64,000 bases of DNA from Yuukianura sp. NJ FZ-2021 (taxonomy: Eukaryota): positions 1,302,001 through 1,366,000 of the forward strand of contig CM102284.1 in assembly GCA_046563655.1 (NCBI GenBank). The letters are read 5' to 3'. Shown piece after piece: positions 53,201 through 63,940 of the stretch. Under the pieces are notes generated by a model. That model was given only the letters and a program-made list of their open reading frames with translations, did not search any database and was not told the origin of the DNA. The position numbers and the translations under genes were made by a program. Positions within the stretch are counted from its first letter, which is position 1. Every line of letters starts with the position of its first letter.

Positions 53201-53525
53201 TTTTAAAAACGGCTTTAAACTTTGAGCAAAATTTGAAAATCCTTTTGATTTAAAATTTGAACAAGATTTAAATTTTTAAGTCTGCTTCGTCTAGTGAATG
53301 ACCACCACTTGAAAATTTTCCAATTTTTGAATTGGCCAAATTGAAGTATAAACCACAAAACCGCCGTCTATTTTTTGTTAATTAGCCCAGCAATTGATAA
53401 TTTGATAAAAATTCAAGGAAATACAAGTCTTCACCTGCAATGTCCATAAAACTTATTATGTTTATAGGTATGCATTATATGCACTTTCATTACTTGCAAT
53501 ACATAAAATTTCACCTCTTTAAATT

Positions 53526-53629
53526 AAATTTCTTCCTTTACATCAAATTTCAATCCTTACATAAAATTTATGTTGTAAATTTCTTCCTTTACATCAAATT
53601 TCAATCCTTACATAAAATTTATGTTGTAA
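53526..53629. repeat. Perfect 51-bp tandem duplication
   Basis: AAATTTCTTCCTTTACATCAAATTTCAATCCTTACATAAAATTTATGTTGT x2. Confidence 0.9.
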
Positions 53630-53784
53630 CACAAGAATTTACTTGTTAAAAATTCGTGAATTTATATAAATTAAAACATATTCTCTAATACATAACATTT
53701 GTTGCCTAGCAGCAAGCCTGGTTTCAGTCACTATGTCGTTGGTATCAAGAGTTTTAGTTTTAAAAATTTAAAAATTTCTTTGAA

Positions 53785-55831
53785 TCATTCTGATTTGACT
53801 TTTGTGGCCTCTTGTTGATCAAAAATGAGTTTGATCAGAAGCCAATCAGTAAAAGCCACAAAGTACCCAATCGTACCGAGGTATGTAATTATCGGTAGCT
53901 CCACCCAGACAAGAATAACGAATCCATAGTAAATGCAAAATGTTGGAACGTATGGCCATAACCATGGAAACGGTATTCCAAGTCCAAGCGGCTTCAGAAG
54001 GATTTCAGTGATATCGAACAATCCACACGTGAAGAGAAATTCTATTAGAAATCCAGCCAACCACACAACTGCAGCGAAAACCAAATAGGCCAAAATCGGT
54101 ACCGCGATGATTGCGCCGGCAACGATTGAAAACAATATGAGAAGGAGGTTGCACGTAACAATGTCTGTAACGGGCGATATGAAGTTGGTTAGGTTTGATC
54201 CCAGAAGTGTGCCTGAAACGAATTTAAATTTTAGCGCCAAATTTTTGTATTAACTAATGTTATGTATACGTTATACTATGTTATTATATGCTATATTATG
54301 CTATGTTTATGTTATTATGGGCTATATGTTATGCATAAGAAATGATATGCTTACGGAGTTGAGATAGAAGTGTTGTGACTAGCGCCACAATGTACTTGAT
54401 GTTTAAATTTTTAAGCACCTCCATGAGTATTTGAGTAACAAGAGTAGTGAGAATGTTGCCTACCAACAGAGCGTTTGTGAGTGCACCGACGCTTCCGAGT
54501 AGAGCACCGGTCGTACCGACCAAAGCTCCGGTCGTATGTCCCAAAACCTGGGTGGTACCGGAGAGCAGAGTGGAGGTACCGGTACTGAGAAGACCGATAC
54601 CGCCAGATGCACCGGACACTAACAAGTTGGCTCCACCGGATAACAAATCCGTTGCACCAACAGAAGAAACTCCGCTGGCAAGAGCTCCAGCTCCACTTGT
54701 CAGCATTGTGGCCCCACCAGAAACGAGATCGGCCCCACCATGTAAGAGACTGCTAGTACCGGAAGTTGTGATTTCCGCAGCACTTGAAGCCACGTCGGTT
54801 ACTCCTGAAACGAAAGTTGTAGCTCCACTGGTTAAAAGTGTGGCCCCACCAGAAACGAGATCGGCCCCACCATGCAAAAGACTGCTAGTACCGGATGTTG
54901 TAATTTCGGCTGCACTTGAAGCCACATCAGCTACACCAGAAAGGAGCGTTGTAGTTCCACTTGTTAAAAGCGAGGCCCCACCAGAAAGCAGCGAAGTCCC
55001 ACCATAAAACAAACTCGCTCCGGCACCGAACAACGAGCTTCCGCCACTAGGAGCTTCTTCTGCAGGAGTGTTGGATTCGTGGGAAGCTTCTGTTGGGAGC
55101 ACTTCCGTTCCACTTGTTAGCAGTGTGGCCCCACCAGAAACTAAATCGGCCCCACCTGAAACTAATTCCGCTCCATCAGAAATAAAGCTAATTGTTCCAG
55201 AAGTTGTTACTTCTGCTGCACTTGAGGCCAAATCCGCTCCACTGGAAACTAGCGTAGTCGCTCCGCTTGTCAGAGCTTCAGCTCCACTCGTCAAAAGCGA
55301 GGCCCCACCGGATAAAAGCGCCGTCCCACCAGAAAACAATTTTGATCCGGCACTGAGAAATGAACTTCCGGTTGTTACTTGATCATCGTGGCTGGCCTCA
55401 TGTTGAGAAGTTTCGTTTGAAATAGTTCCCGTTCCGTTTGTAACTCCTTCCGCTCCGCTTGATATTAGAGCCGCTCCACTTGAACTTACATCGGCTCCAC
55501 CAGAAAGAAGGTTGGTGGCTCCAGAAGTGGTAACTTCGGCTGCAATAGAAACAATATCCACTCCACTCGAAACGAACGTTGTAGTTCCGCTCGCGACCGC
55601 TTCCGCTCCGCTTGCTAACACTGAAGTTCCGCTCGAAATCAAGTCGACTCCACCGTGTAAAATGGTTCCAGCACCAGAAGTCGTAAGATCGGCTGCACTG
55701 GAAACAAAAGTTGTAGCTCCGGTTGTGAGCCCCTGGACACCACTTGTTAAAAATGAGGCTCCGCTTGTAAGCAAACCTGTTCCAGGAATAGATGGAGTTG
55801 GTAACGAAGGAATTTTGAAACTTTTGAACAT
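53785..55831 (-). CDS. G/S/A/T-rich amphipathic-repeat protein with hydrophobic C-terminal domain, paralog 2, ~634 aa
   Basis: Exon1 55831-54355 (C|GTAAGC), exon2 54212-53785 (tcag|GC); same intron position as paralog 1; 132-nt internal repeat. Confidence 0.75.
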
Positions 55832-56352
55832 TTTTAAATAATTTTGAAATAAAAGATGAAAAAGTAATGACTTTGCTTAAAGCAAGTCACAAATTTAACT
55901 CTAGCGTTTTTTGGAGTTGATCTGTAATTATTAGCAATGACGGAATAAAAAATGTTAATAACCGCAAAACCGCACGGCTTTTCTTAGTTAATTGAAAGAT
56001 TGGAAGTAATTAAAATTTGAAAGCCATTCGTCACCTGTCTGGTCATCCTTGTACAAACAGAATATTAATTTAATTTAAAAAAAAATGAAATTTCACTACA
56101 AATACATACCAATTCAAATATTAATATAGAAATACAATGAATACGGTTTAAGTTATTTTGACATTTACCAGTATTTTACTATATAAGTTCATTTAAATTT
56201 TAAGCAGTTTAAGGAAATTTGAACAAAAAAAAATGATACAATGATGATTATTCAATGATAAAAAAATGATAACTATTGAAAAAAAATATTTCAAAAGTAA
56301 TTTTGACAAAGGTCAAGTTAGTTTTAAAATATGAAATATAGACAGAGTTGGA

Positions 56353-57420
56353 TTAAATTTGAATTCGTGTAAGGACTATTTTGAGTACTCGCGGAGTAGA
56401 CTCTTTCGTGTGGATTTTGAAATGACGTCCAAATTCATTATAGCATTCGAAACCAGCGTTGCAAAATTCACAACTGAATTTGAATTTCCTTCCGAGTTGA
56501 TTTTCACTTTCCCGCTTCTCCAATTCTTCCTTCATTTCTTTCTTCTGACGTTGCTCTAGTTTTTTGTGGCGTGTTGTTACCTGATGTTTCTTTAAATTCC
56601 GAGCAGATGCAAAGTCGACTGCGCATGTTTGGCAGGAATAAGGCTTCTCTCCTGTGTGTCGCCTAACGTGGATGTTCAAATTTACCTTTAGGTCAAATTG
56701 ACTTGCACACAGTTTACACTTGAAAAGTTTTTCCTCTTTGTGTTTCTGCTCATGGTGTAGCAAATTATGTTTTGTGGGAAATCCTTCTCCGCATGTTGAG
56801 CACTGGAATCTGTTCCGCCATTCTGAATGTGTCTTTAAATGAGCCCGTCGGTTGCCTCTGATTTGTTGTTGACAGAATTGACAGAAGAAGGGTTTTCCTA
56901 TTCCATGTATTCTGCGCATGTGTTTCTTCAAATCCATATTCCGTGGGAAAACTTTGGGACATAATGTACATTTCTGAGGACTCTGTATATTATGAAGCTC
57001 TACATGAGCCAAAAGATCTTGCTTCTGTCGAGCAGCATAAGGGCAAAGTGAACATGAAAATTCCTTGTTGAGGTCGTGAACTTTTTCATGACTTTCTTTA
57101 CTCTGTTTTCTTGAAAATCGTCGCGAACATATTTTGCATTTAAATGGTTTTTCGCCTGTGTGACTTCGCATGTGTTGCGCGAGGAGGGCGGGAATTCCAA
57201 ACGCATGTTCACAGACGTTGCATTTGTAATTCTTAGTTTCATCGTGCACCCTTTGATGTGTTTTGAATCCGTTCCTGGATGTAAATTCTTTTCCGCATTC
57301 CTCACATTTGTCCAAATCCTGTCCAGTGTGTATGCGCAAGTGATACGCCAAGTCTATCTTCTTATCAAACGTTTTGAGACACAGTGTACAGTTGTGGCGC
57401 TTGTCTTCCGTTTTTCTCAT
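56353..57420 (-). CDS. C2H2 zinc-finger protein, cluster copy 1 (11 fingers, 355 aa)
   Basis: ATG of MRKTED chosen by alignment to paralogs; TGEKP linkers; C-terminus RVLKIVLTRIQI. Confidence 0.85.
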   Translation of the reverse strand: MRKTEDKRHNCTLCLKTFDKKIDLAYHLRIHTGQDLDKCEECGKEFTSRNGFKTHQRVHDETKNYKCNVCEHAFGIPALLAQHMRSHTGEKPFKCKICSRRFSRKQSKESHEKVHDLNKEFSCSLCPYAARQKQDLLAHVELHNIQSPQKCTLCPKVFPRNMDLKKHMRRIHGIGKPFFCQFCQQQIRGNRRAHLKTHSEWRNRFQCSTCGEGFPTKHNLLHHEQKHKEEKLFKCKLCASQFDLKVNLNIHVRRHTGEKPYSCQTCAVDFASARNLKKHQVTTRHKKLEQRQKKEMKEELEKRESENQLGRKFKFSCEFCNAGFECYNEFGRHFKIHTKESTPRVLKIVLTRIQI

Positions 57421-58288
57421 TTTGATTTCCGGTAACAGCTCTAGAACAAAATTCAACATTCAATTGTGAAAAATTGTAAAACAAAATAAGTAATGTTCTT
57501 ATCACATTTCCAAGCTATTTCGATTGTATCAACGCTCAACTGTGTCATACTTGTGTCAACGAACATAAACAAGCCTAACCTTAGCTAAATGAAGTTTTAT
57601 ACACACATTAACACAATTACCGTGTTGACACAATTCAGTTGATGCAATGGCAGTTGATAGATTGACGCAATGGTGTGCTCTTCTCATAACCTACTAATTA
57701 GCAGTTAGTTGAGTTAAAATTAAACTGACCTGCCTAGAAAAAACTGCCAGTACTCACCAGTAATTTTTTTCAGAATGTAAAGTTTCTACTAAATTTTTTG
57801 AAAATCACAACAAGGAATGGAAAGTTAGGCAAATGATTCTTGTCATCTTGTTCCTCGTTCAAAAGTTTTTTAACTCCAACACTGCATACAAAAACGTACA
57901 GGATGATCACTATTTTTAGAAAATATTTTTGAAACAACATGGCCTGGGGCTTATGCTTAAATATAAATTCGTGGAAGAAATTTAGAGTTCAAGTAGTATT
58001 TTACTTCTGAAACTTTTCTGTATGCTCCCCTAACCGTCAACGCGATTTTATTTTTTTCACAACAAAAACTTCATTATAAAAATTTATGTAACCTGACTTA
58101 ACCAACTTGAACTAAGAAAAATCAAAGTAAAATTTAGTAGAATTAAAAATCTTTGCAGTATATTGTCATTAAAATAAAAACTTGCTTGAAAAATGTTAAA
58201 ATTCATGCCCAGCAGATTTTTCAGGTTTAAATTGAAATATAATACAACTAAAAGTGGATTTAAAATATCAAATATACAAAGAGTTCGG

Positions 58289-59362
58289 TTAAATTTGAAT
58301 TCGTGTAAGAACAATTTTGAGTACTCGCATCGTAAACTCTTTCGTGTGGATTTTCAAATGATGTCCAAATTCATCATAGCAATCGAAACCAACGTCGCAA
58401 AATTCACAAATGAATTTGAGTTGCCCGCCGAGTTGCATCTCACCTTCCCGCGTTTCCAATTCTTCCTTCCCTTGCATTTTTTGACTTTGCTCTACTGCTT
58501 TTTTATGTCTAGTAGCGAGATGATGTTTTTTTAAATCCTGAGCAGATACAAACGCGACAGTGCATGTTTCGCACGAATAAGGCTTCTCCCCTGTGTGTCT
58601 CCGAACATGGACATCCAACTTCGCCTTTTCAGTAAATTGTCTTGCGCACAATTTGCAAATGAAAAGTTTTATTCCTTTGTGTCTCTGTTCGTGGAGTTGC
58701 AAATTATGTTTTCGGAAAAATCCTTTTCCGCATGTTGGACATCGGAATTTGTTTCGCCATTCTTCATGTGTCATTAAATGAGCCCGTTGGTTACCTCTGA
58801 TTTGTTGTTGACAGTATTTGCAGGAGAAGGGTTTTCCTATTCCATGTATTCTGCGCATGTGATTCTTCAAATCCACACCCCGTGGGAAAACCTTGGGACA
58901 TGCTGTACATTTCTGAGGAGTCTGCTTGTTATGTACTAGTTGCATGTGGCGAACAAGAAGGCAGCGGTGTCGAGCAGCGTAAGAGCAAAGTGAACATAGA
59001 AATTCCTTGTTTGCGTTGTGAACTTTTTCATGACTTTGCATATTCTGTTTTGTTGCAAATCTTCGGGAGCATATTTTGCACTGAAATGGTTTTTCGCCGG
59101 TGTGACGACGCATGTGTATCGTGAGTTTTGCGGGAATTGCAAATGCATGATGACAGACGCTGCATTTATAACTCTGAGTTTCATCGTGTACCCTTTGATG
59201 TGTTCTGAGTCCGTTCCTGGATGCAAATGTTTTTCCGCATTGCTCACATTTGTCCAAAACCTGTCCAGTGTGTATACGCAAGTGATACGCCAAGTCTCCT
59301 TCTTTAGGAAACGTTTTGGGACATAATGTACATTTGTGTCGCTGGTCTGCCGCTTTCCTCAT
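58289..59362 (-). CDS. C2H2 zinc-finger protein, cluster copy 2 (11 fingers)
   Basis: ATG of MRKAADQ; colinear with copy 1. Confidence 0.85.
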   Translation of the reverse strand: MRKAADQRHKCTLCPKTFPKEGDLAYHLRIHTGQVLDKCEQCGKTFASRNGLRTHQRVHDETQSYKCSVCHHAFAIPAKLTIHMRRHTGEKPFQCKICSRRFATKQNMQSHEKVHNANKEFLCSLCSYAARHRCLLVRHMQLVHNKQTPQKCTACPKVFPRGVDLKNHMRRIHGIGKPFSCKYCQQQIRGNQRAHLMTHEEWRNKFRCPTCGKGFFRKHNLQLHEQRHKGIKLFICKLCARQFTEKAKLDVHVRRHTGEKPYSCETCTVAFVSAQDLKKHHLATRHKKAVEQSQKMQGKEELETREGEMQLGGQLKFICEFCDVGFDCYDEFGHHLKIHTKEFTMRVLKIVLTRIQI

Positions 59363-60300
59363 TTTGATTTGCGGCAACACACCTCTAGAAAAAAATGCAA
59401 CATTCAATTTTGAAAAAAAAACTAAATGCAACAAAAAATGTTGTTGTTTTTTTGATAAAGTATCATGTCTGTAGTCTGTATTAAATTTCATATCCCAGAT
59501 TTGTTCCATGCTATTGGGTCAATTGTATCAATTACCATTCCATCAACTTATTTGTGTCAAGTGGAATTCCATCAACACTCAACTGTGTCAGCGGCTACTT
59601 GTTTCAACGAACCTCATCAAATCTAACCCATGCGATATTTAACCTTACATATGCTGACACAATTGGCAGGTTGACACGTTTCTAGTTTACACAGTTCAGT
59701 TGATACAATGGCAGTTGATACGATTGAGTTGACACAAGGCGTGTTACCTAATAGTTAGCCGAGTAATACTAATTAGTAGTTAGTTGAGTTAAAATTAAAC
59801 TGACCTGCCTTAAGAAAACTGCCACAACTTGTTAAATATTTTCAGATTGTGCAAAGGCGATACTTTCTTTTATGAAAATCACAAAAGAGTGGAAGAGCTA
59901 CGCAAATGACTCTTGTTCCCTCCTTTTTTAAGTTTTTTAATTCCAACTGCATAGAAAAACGTACAGGACGGTCCGTATTTTTAGAAAAGTTTTTTGAAAC
60001 AGAATAGCCTTGGGCTTGTGCTTAAATTTAAATTCGTTTAAGAACTTATTTGAACTCCCACGCTATCCATTTCAAAACTTTTATGTACTCATGTTTAAAT
60101 AGGAATTTCACTATCCTATATGAACATTGAAACCGATTTAAGTAATGTTTAGCAGCATTTAATTTACAATGGTTGAACATATTGACTTTGTCAAATTTTA
60201 AAGGTTTCCATAAAATTTAAACAGAAAAAAATGTTATATCATTTCAAATTCAAATGTAGCGCAACCAAGTTTTAGAATATGAAATATACAAAAGCTTGAA

Positions 60301-61275
60301 TTAAATTTGAATTCGTGTAAGTACTACTTTGAGTACTCGCGTCGTAGACTCTTTCGTGTGGATTTTCAAATGACGTCCAAATTCATCGCAGCAATCGAAA
60401 CCGGCGTTGCAAAATTCACAAATGAATTTGAATCTCCCACCGAGTTGATTTTGACTTCCCGGCTTTTCCAATTCGTCCTTCACTTCTTTCTTTTGACGTT
60501 GCTCAACTTTTTTGTGGCGAGTAGTCCGCTGATGACTCTTTAAATTTTGGGCGGATACAAAGTCGATCGCGCACTTGAAAAGTTTTTCTTCTTTGTGTTT
60601 CTGCTCATGGAATTTCAAATTATATTTTGTGGGAAATCCTTCTCCGCATGTTTCACACTGGAATCTGTTCCGCCATTCTTCATGTGTCATTAAATGAGTC
60701 CATCGGCTACCACTGATTTGTTGTTGACAGAATTTGCAGAAAAAGGGTTTTCCTATTCCATGTATTCTGCGCATGTGATTCTTCAAATCCACACCCCGTA
60801 GGAAAACTTTGCGACATGCTGTACATTTTTGAGGAGTCTGCATGTTGTGGAATTCCATGTGAACCAAGAGACTGTGCTTTCGTCGAGCAGCATAAGGGCA
60901 AAGGGAACACGAAAATTCTTTGTTGACGTCGTGAACTTTTCGATGCCTTTGTAAATTCTGCTTTGTTGAAAATCGTCGAAAACATATTTTGCACGTGAAT
61001 GGTTTTTCGCCTGTGTGACTGCGCATATGCTCCTCGAGGTTGGCGGCAATCGAAAACCCATGATTACATACGTCGCATTTATAATTCTTAGTTTCATCGT
61101 GTACCTTTAGGTGTAATTTGAGTCCGCACCTTGATGTAAATTCTTTCCCGCATTGTTCACATTTGTCTAAATCCTGTCCAGTGTGTATACGCAAGTGATA
61201 CGCCAAGTCTACTTTTTCAGTAAATCCTTTTGGACACAGTGTACATTTGTGTCGTTTGTCTGCCGCTTTCCGCAT
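60301..61275 (-). CDS. C2H2 zinc-finger protein, cluster copy 3 (31-aa in-frame deletion)
   Basis: Colinear with copy 1 except LFKC|AIDF junction removing finger 9 and one Cys ligand of finger 10. Confidence 0.85.
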   Translation of the reverse strand: MRKAADKRHKCTLCPKGFTEKVDLAYHLRIHTGQDLDKCEQCGKEFTSRCGLKLHLKVHDETKNYKCDVCNHGFSIAANLEEHMRSHTGEKPFTCKICFRRFSTKQNLQRHRKVHDVNKEFSCSLCPYAARRKHSLLVHMEFHNMQTPQKCTACRKVFLRGVDLKNHMRRIHGIGKPFFCKFCQQQISGSRWTHLMTHEEWRNRFQCETCGEGFPTKYNLKFHEQKHKEEKLFKCAIDFVSAQNLKSHQRTTRHKKVEQRQKKEVKDELEKPGSQNQLGGRFKFICEFCNAGFDCCDEFGRHLKIHTKESTTRVLKVVLTRIQI

Positions 61276-62345
61276 TTTTAATTTTCAGCAACAGCTCTAC
61301 AACGAACATGCAAAATTCAATTTTAAGCGATTGTAAGAAAAATGTTATAGAAAAAAATAAGTTGTTATTAGATCCCAAAGTTGTTTCATGTCATTGTCAA
61401 TTGAATTGTATCAACTACCATTGTATCAACTAAACTGTGTCGACTGGAATTCCATCAACGCTCAACTGTGGAAACGTCTACTTGAATCAACCTAGCATAA
61501 TCAAACCTTCAGCAAAAGTAAATTTAGCTATTCACGTTGCCAGTATCACTGTTGACACATTTTAAGTTTACAAATTGATACAAATCTATTGATACAATGC
61601 CGTACTGCCTCCAGAGCTATTAATAAGCAACTAGTTGAGTTTAAATTATACTGACTTGTCTGAAGAAAAATGCCAATTCTTGTTAAATTTTTCCGGAATG
61701 TGCAAAGTTGGTAGTTTCTTTTTGTTTCGAATATCACAATTGGTGGAAGCTGAGGAATGATTTTTGCCTTTTCTTCAAAGTTCTTTTAATTTCGACTGCA
61801 AACAAAAACGTATAGCACAGTGCGTATTTTTAGAAAAGGTTTGTGAAACAACATAGCTTGGGGCTTTGTGCTTAAATAATTCGTTTAAGAGCTTATTTTG
61901 AGCTACGCTTTATTATTTTTTTCAAACATTCATGTAATCTATAACAGTAAACGTGAATTATATTTTTTTTAGAAACAAAAACTTCATTTAAGGAAAAATT
62001 ATGTAACCTAACTTGGCCAACTTGAACTGAGCAAAGTCAAAGTAAAATTTAGTACAGTTAAAAAATCTCTTTTTTTTTATATATTACCTTTGTGGTGAGT
62101 AGTGCTCTTGAATACACTCTGCTAGTCTTGTATAAGCGGAACTCTGATTTAATTTAAAATTAAATTAATTTTCTATAGCTGATAAACATGCCAACACATA
62201 TAAAACGGTTTATATTAGTTTATGCGTAGTTTGTATTTCAAAAATTTCCATAAAATTTAAATATAGAAAATGTAATATTGACAAATGTGGCACAATTGCG
62301 TAAAATTAGTTTAAAATATCAAATATACAAAACATTCAATTAAAT

Positions 62346-63395
62346 TTAAGTTCGTGTAAGCACTATTTTTAGTTCTCGTGTCGTAGACTCTTTCGTGTGG
62401 ATTTTCAAATGACGTCTAAATACATCGTTGCAATCAAATCCAGCGTCACAAAATTCACAACAGTATTTGAATCTCCCGCCGAGTTGATTTTTACTTCCCC
62501 GTTTTTCTAATTCGTCCTTCTTACGTTGCTCAAGTATTTTGTGACCAGTAGTGCCAAGATGCTTCCATAAACTCTGAGCGGATACAAACTCCACTGAACA
62601 GGTTTGGCACGAATAAGGTTTTTCCCCTGTGTGTCTCCTGACATGAACATCTAAGTATGTCTTTACAGCGAATTGCCTTGCGCACAATTTGCAATTGAAA
62701 AGTTTGTCCTGTTTGTGCTTCTGTTCATGGCGTTGCAATTGTACTTTTAGTGGAAATCCTTCTCCGCATGTTTCACACTGGAGTCTGTTTCGCCATTCTT
62801 CATGCGTCATTAAATGAGCCCAGTGGTTACCGCTGATTTGCTGTTGACAGAATTTGCAGAAGACAGGTTTTCCTATTCCATGCACTTGGCGCATGTGAAT
62901 CTTCAAATCCATTTCACGTACGAACACCTTGGGACATGCTGTACATTTCTGAGGAGTTTGCTTGTTGTGTAGTTCCAAATGGACCAACAGATTCTGCTTC
63001 TGCCGAGCAGCGTAAGGGCAAAGCGAACACCGAAAATCTTTGTTGAGGTCGTGAACTTTTTCATGACATTCTTTATTATATTTTGTTGTAAATCGTCGCG
63101 GGCATATTTTGCACTGAAATGGTTTCTCGCCTGTATGACGACGCATGTGTATCGCGAGGTTAGCGGCAAATGGAAACGCATGATTACAGACGTTGCATTT
63201 GTAATTCTTGGTTTCATCGTGCGACCTTTGATGTGTTTTGAGTCCATTCCTTGATGCAAATTCCTTTCCGCATTGCTTACATTTATCCAAATCCTGTGCA
63301 GTGTGTATGCGTAAGTGATACGCCAAGTCTTCCCTATGAGCAAACCCTTTGCGACACAGTGTACATTTATGTCGCTTGTCTCCCGCTTTCCCCAT
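62346..63395 (-). CDS. C2H2 zinc-finger protein, cluster copy 4 (11 fingers)
   Basis: Colinear with copies 1-3; ends RELKIVLTRT. Confidence 0.85.
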   Translation of the reverse strand: MGKAGDKRHKCTLCRKGFAHREDLAYHLRIHTAQDLDKCKQCGKEFASRNGLKTHQRSHDETKNYKCNVCNHAFPFAANLAIHMRRHTGEKPFQCKICPRRFTTKYNKECHEKVHDLNKDFRCSLCPYAARQKQNLLVHLELHNKQTPQKCTACPKVFVREMDLKIHMRQVHGIGKPVFCKFCQQQISGNHWAHLMTHEEWRNRLQCETCGEGFPLKVQLQRHEQKHKQDKLFNCKLCARQFAVKTYLDVHVRRHTGEKPYSCQTCSVEFVSAQSLWKHLGTTGHKILEQRKKDELEKRGSKNQLGGRFKYCCEFCDAGFDCNDVFRRHLKIHTKESTTRELKIVLTRT

Positions 63396-63492
63396 TTTGA
63401 TTGAGCTCTAGAACAAGATTAAACATTAAATTGTGAGGAGCTGCAAAAAAGTAATATAATGTGTTATTAATGATGTTATTAATTGTATTAGT

Positions 63493-63940
63493 CCAAGGCC
63501 CGTAGGCCGGGGGGACTAGAGCTCCGGCTCTATCCTACTAACACCTTGGACGGGCGCGGGTTCGAGTCCCGGCGTCGCCGACACGAAAGTCGTTTTCCAG
63601 AAATGGTTTTTCCACTTTCCTAGCCCAGATGGGGTGTTCGGATGATAGGTCAGTTTGGGGGTTATGGGTGCGTGTGAAGAGGTCAGTAGTTGCTGTTGTG
63701 GAGGGGGGTCGTGGGCCGGTATGCGTACGATGCTGTTCCTGTCACTTGCCTGGAGCTGTGATATGTGGTAGGGCCCTAGCCCGTTCAGCTCTAGCAGAAA
63801 GCCTTTCGTCCTTCCCTCAGAACTTCTCGCCAACTATCTGACTGTACCACCGCCCCACCCCATAGGACCTCAACCCAACCCAGAAATTCCCTAACCCTTG
63901 TTGATAGAGCATATGCTAAAGTCAATAAATCCCGCAAAAA
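63493..63940 (+). mobile_element. tRNA-derived SINE (~448 bp)
   Basis: GC-rich island with Pol III B-box GGTTCGAGTCC (63559-63569) in a CGGG/CCCG T-arm stem, short A tail, and a perfect 15-bp TSD ATTAATTGTATTAGT (63478-63492, 63941-63955). Confidence 0.8.

Noticed and set aside
52340-55831. Springtail-type glycine-rich antifreeze protein or collagen
   Set aside because: Those need Gly-X-X tripeptide periodicity and a signal peptide. Here Gly recurs every 7-8 residues, there is no signal peptide, and there is a hydrophobic C-terminal domain.
52340-55831. Horizontally acquired bacterial YhgE/Pip xxxLxxG heptad protein
   Set aside because: The LxxG resemblance is only compositional. The period is 22/44 rather than strict 7, the genes have a spliceosomal intron, and no YhgE N-terminal domain is visible. 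Not excluded without an HMM search.
54447-55841. Plus-strand Pro/Ala/Val-rich ORFs (also 52254..52742, 52950..53225)
   Set aside because: Antisense shadows of the repeat-protein genes; no independent start or splice support.
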